A stretch of DNA of 63,112 bases, the filler included, from Lenisia limosa (Eukaryota; Protista; Breviatea), in NCBI GenBank assembly GCA_001655205.1. It is 10 parts of 10 records of this genome, joined end to end, with 100 filler letters (N's around TTAATTAATTAA, not from the genome) between each part and the next. Parts side by side here need not be neighbours in the genome. Positions count along the whole stretch, not along the records: positions 59,161 to 63,112 come from LPNZ01007276.1; 9 more parts are not named here. One strand, written 5' to 3'. The position numbers were made by a program, and so were the translations under genes. Positions 59,224 to 63,112 of the stretch are shown piece by piece; the first letter of the stretch is position 1, and the number at the start of each line of letters is the position of its first letter. The notes under the pieces are model-generated. The model saw nothing but the letters and a program-made list of their open reading frames with translations. It was not told the origin of the DNA and made no database searches.

Positions 59224-62200
59224 CCCATCCGACAGGCAGGCCGACACTCGAAGAAACTACATGGTCAAGCTGGGATTGTGACAGTAAGGTTCCGAATTGA
59301 ACCATAACATAGAATTATGATAAAGAGTCGTAATATATAACCCCACCAGCAGCATTCCGAGCCGCTGCCGCCACCGGAGCTGAAGGAGCTGAGGGGGCGG
59401 AGGGAGAGGGAGATACAGGTCGGGATACTGAGGCTGGTCGCTCCCATCTGGGGGGGGGGGATATAATTGGAAAGGGAGAGAAAATTGGAAAATTTATGAA
59501 ACGAAACAATCCCAAAATCAACGTAAAATTGGAAAGGGGGAGTAAAACAAAGGAAATTACGATGAAGAATANNNNNNNNNNNNNNNNNNNNNNNNNNNNN
59601 NNNNNNNNNNNNNNNNNNNNNNNNNNNNNNNNNNNNNNNNNNNNNNNNNNNNNNNNNNNNNNNNNNNNNNNNNNNNNNNNNNNNNNNNNNNNNNNNNNNN
59701 NNNNNNNNNNNNNNNNNNNNNNNNNNNNNNNNNNNNNNNNNNNNGAAGTTATGTAACCAGCATTGATCCCACCTTTTTCCTACTTTAATCTAGAGTTGAT
59801 CATTTATGGTATCCCAATGTATTTATTTGTTTCCCCTAGATTTCTAATGCATACTATATCTTTAAAGATTTTCCACTTGGTACAGATTGTGGCGATTAAT
59901 GACCAAAATCCGCTTAATGAATTTGGGGCTTGGTTACGATTACGTAATGCTTGGAGACCTGCTTTTAAAAACACCAACCCACCCCATCCAGGCGGCAGGC
60001 TGCTTTGTGGCTGCAACGTAGTCGTCGATTCCGAAGGGATTGGCGCGGTAGCAACTCGAGCCCTTTGGAGAGTAAAAATGGAAAATTAATGAAACAAAAA
60101 AAGTCCAAATCAACTCTGTTGGTTATAAACAAACGAGGGTTGAGAAAAACAAAACAAACAAAGCCNNNNNNNNNNNNNNNNNNNNNNNNNNNNNNNNNNN
60201 NNNNNNNNNNNNNNNNNNNNNNNNNNNNNNNNNNNNNNNNNNNNNNNNNNNNNNNNNNNNNNNNNNNNNNNNNNNNNNNNNNNNNNNNNNNNNNNNNNNN
60301 NNNNNNNNNNNNNNNNNNNNNNNNNNNNNNNNNNNNNNNNNGTGGCTTGCAAGGAGTCGGAAACGTAGTACACCCGGCCCGTGTCCGTCTGCATTTCTCC
60401 TGGGGGAAATTACAATATGAAGGGGGAATGGGTGTAAAAAGGGGAAAATTGAAACAAAAACCCGGAGTCAACTGTGTTGACTCGAAGCACATGAGGGTTG
60501 AAAACAACAAACCAAAGACAAGGAGGAGGGCGGTAGAAGAAAATCCAACCCTGGTGTATAACCACGCCCCCCCACGCCAGCCTTCCGGAAGCGGTTCCAG
60601 CTCAATGATGGTCTCGGGGAAGTCAGCGGGATGCTCGAATTGGGCCGTTGCCGAGGGGTTGAGGTAAAAAATACGGCCGCTGTGCCCGACTTCCTTTTCT
60701 ACACAGGATGAGATTGAATTTTACATTTACATTTATTTCTCGGGTGGGTTAATAACATTTCCTTTTCCACAAAGGATGAGATTGAATTTTACATTTAGTT
60801 TTCTGCCTAGGAGTAAGTTCAGGATTATTATTTTCCATTCGCAAGAGTGATGCAAACCCCCCTTCCCACTCCAGCCATCGAGAAGAACACGGGGGTCCTG
60901 GAAGGGCTCGAACTGCGACATTTCAACCCTAAGCTGTCAGTTTTGTTTAACAGGAGAAATGATATCATATTATATACTACATTAGAAATATAAATAAATA
61001 AATAGGGAAACCATAAGACTGTCAGGCTAATTCCGGGCGTAATAATGTGACCATGTTTGGTCTTAACCGATATGACCCGATATTTCCTTTCAGATGACGA
61101 GTCAAGACTTACCACGGTCATGCTATATTACATGGGACTGTTTTCGCGGTCACGATAGTATTATTTATCATAACATGGTTGAAAAGGGCCAAATTTCTTG
61201 GTAATATTCGATAAATGCTCGATAACCCTCAATTAACACTCGATAACATAAGTCCAAGTTGATAGAAGGAAGCTTACTTTGAGCCCTCACGGAGAGGGTA
61301 TGTTTTGCCTTCTCTTGACATCACTAGGGTTAGCTGCTGGGTTAGTTTCGGCACAGACTGTCGGCAATATAAGCCAAAAAAAAACACAAAAGTTCACTCC
61401 TTTCTCAGATTAGTAATAAAAGTTCAGGAAATAGTTAGTTGACAGCTTGAAAGTGAAAAATGGAGTTATTGTCACAATCACAACATCATATTACACATAC
61501 AATATCTGACTCAATAGAGAACAAACAAACAAGAAGCAATTCAACTATAAGAGCATAATTCAGTTAAAAGAATATAATTCAGCTATAAGAGCAGCACAAA
61601 CACGAAGAAAACAGCAAACAAATCAGCCAATAGAGCACAAACAACAATTCAGCATACCGAAGACTCTGAAGACTCCACGACGGTTTGCTGGGAGTCCATT
61701 GTCCGGATAGAGGCTCGAGACGTGCTCGCAGTCCCACTACCAAGGACGGCTAGGGGGGGGGATTAATCTTCCGTTAAAATAAAAACGTAAATAGAAGGTC
61801 CTCAATATTCCGAGTTAAAATCCTACCAGCAGGGAGAGACGGCCGATGCCAGGTCACTTCGCCAGTCATTTGGTCTGTGGGGTGAGACCAAGAAAAATGG
61901 TTTGCAGAGGGAGAGAGAGAGAGAGAGAGCCCACTTTGGTAATAAGTCTTGCCCATAGGGTCGATGCCTGACCGCCAGCCTTCAGGGAGGTTGTCATTTC
62001 GCTCTCCAGTGGGACCGAAAGTGTTCTGTCGTTGCCTGGGGGTGGGGGGATAAGGAAAATTTATGAAACAAAAAAAAGAAGCGGCAAAAATCAACTCTGT
62101 TGGCTAAATATTTGGAAATACACAAAAGGATGAAAAAACAACACAACAAACAAAGCCCAGACCAATCGCTTCTGCAGCAGCGCATCNNNNNNNNNNNNNN

Positions 62201-63112
62201 NNNNNNNNNNNNNNNNNNNNNNNNNNNNNNNNNNNNNNNNNNNNNNNNNNNNNNNNNNNNNNNNNNNNNNNNNNNNNNNNNNNNNNNNNNNNNNNNNNNN
62301 NNNNNNNNNNNNNNNNNNNNNNNNNNNNNNNNNNNNNNNNNNNNNNNNNNNNNNNNNNNNNNGATGGGGGTGTTATGGTAATTGACCAGGATAAGGATGG
62401 TAACAGCCCTCTCCTCACAGTGTGGGAGGACCACCCGTACGAGCGGCGGAAGCAGAAGCAGCCGACGCTTCCGATGGCTGGGAGGGCCCGGATTCAGCCG
62501 CCCGGGCCGAGCTGAGGTTCTGAGATCGCGCCGCCATGGAGGCATCTGTCAACTCGATGCCTGGGGGGGGGGGTGAAACNNNNNNNNNNNNNNNNNNNNN
62601 NNNNNNNNNNNNNNNNNNNNNNNNNNNNNNNNNNNNNNNNNNNNNNNNNNNNNNNNNNNNNNNNNNNNNNNNNNNNNNNNNNNNNNNNNNNNNNNNNNNN
62701 NNNNNNNNNNNNNNNNNNNNNNNNNNNNNNNNNNNNNNNNNNNNNNNNNNNNNNNNNNNNNNNNNNNNNNNNNNNNNNNNNNNNNNNNNGTAAAAAAATA
62801 AAAAAAACCACTCCAGGAAAAATACTCGAGGTTTTCTAATAGGAAAATGTAGGAAATAGACTTCTGAATCAAAACCAACCCCCCTCCCGCACCGGGATAG
62901 GAGTCGGCGGCGATATAGTCGTAGCCCCAGCCGAAACGCAGATGGATTGAGCCCGTCACGTTACTCTTGTCACTCGGCGTCTTCTTACGCAGCGGATACC
63001 ACCTGAGGGGTAATTGGGATAATTGGGGTATTTATTGCCAACTTAACTGCGTACTCCCCTCACCTATCGATAACGTCGCCCATGCTTCTGAGGTTGAGCG
63101 CTGCAATCGGTA
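59224..63112 (-). CDS. C2 + multiple WW domain protein, probably a NEDD4/Rsp5-family E3 ligase (HECT domain not in window)
   Basis: C2 C-terminus PIAALNLRSMGDVIDR|WYPLRKKTPSDKSNVTGSIHLRF. WW repeats: LPEGWRSGIDPMGKTYYQ|NQMTGEVTWHRP, LPEGW|REMQTDTGRVYY, LPPGW...WERP and LPVGW. The NEDD4 assignment is inferred from domain order only. Confidence 0.8.
59448..59571 (-). repeat. Introner-like repeat tail (A tail plus B motif)
   Basis: TATTCTTCATCGTAATTTCC..GTTGATTTTGGG..TTTCATAAATTTTCCAATTTT..C-run-CAG acceptor. Confidence 0.7.
60063..60165 (-). repeat. Introner-like repeat A, tail
   Basis: GGCTTTGTTTGTTTTG..CAACCCT..CCAACAGAGTTGATTTGGACTTTTTTTGTTTCATTAATTTTCCATTTTTACTCTCCAAAG acceptor. Confidence 0.8.
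60400..60575 (-). mobile_element. Introner-like repeat A, diverged whole 176-bp intron inside a WW domain
   Basis: GTGGGGGGGC donor .. TTTGTTGTTTTCAACCCTCATG..CAACACAGTTGACTCCGGGTTTTTGTTTCAATTTTCCCC..CCCCCAG. Removing it restores LPEGW-REMQTDTGRVYY. Confidence 0.6.
62036..62186 (-). repeat. Introner-like repeat A, core and tail
   Basis: GATGCGCTGCTGCAGAAGCGATTGGTCTGGGCTTTGTTTG..GCCAACAGAGTTGATTTTT..TTTCATAAATTTTCC..CCCCAG acceptor; the intron donor is at 62418. Confidence 0.8.

Noticed and set aside
1-63112. Gene-neighbourhood (operon or cluster) interpretation across the window
   Set aside because: The window is 10 separately assembled scaffolds, so adjacency across linkers carries no biological information.

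Overview
This is eukaryotic, intron-rich genomic DNA with canonical GT-AG introns, not a prokaryotic window. It is an artificial concatenation of 10 scaffolds joined by 100-bp N44-TTAATTAATTAA-N44 linkers, and it has many internal N gaps, most of them next to poly-G or poly-C runs. The gene set (PLAC8, armadillo repeats, MMTAG2-like, ANKRD13, ABCB transporter, SH3, LamG-like, RA/PX-like, C2+WW) fits an amoebozoan- or opisthokont-like protist or an early-diverging fungus, but the taxon is only inferred. I spliced the gene models by eye, so their ends are approximate and several are truncated by gaps. The most notable signal is a repeat family of about 130-200 bp that fills introns of unrelated genes. 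It appears in at least 12 introns on 6 scaffolds, always in the host's splicing orientation, and nearly all copies run up to the 3' splice AG. This makes it an introner-like (intron-propagating) element candidate. Also present are two non-autonomous hAT-type MITE families with 8-bp TSDs, a G-run/C-run polarity at intron ends, splice-site tandem duplications, several minisatellites and a stop-codon-ridden relic region at about 30-36 kb.
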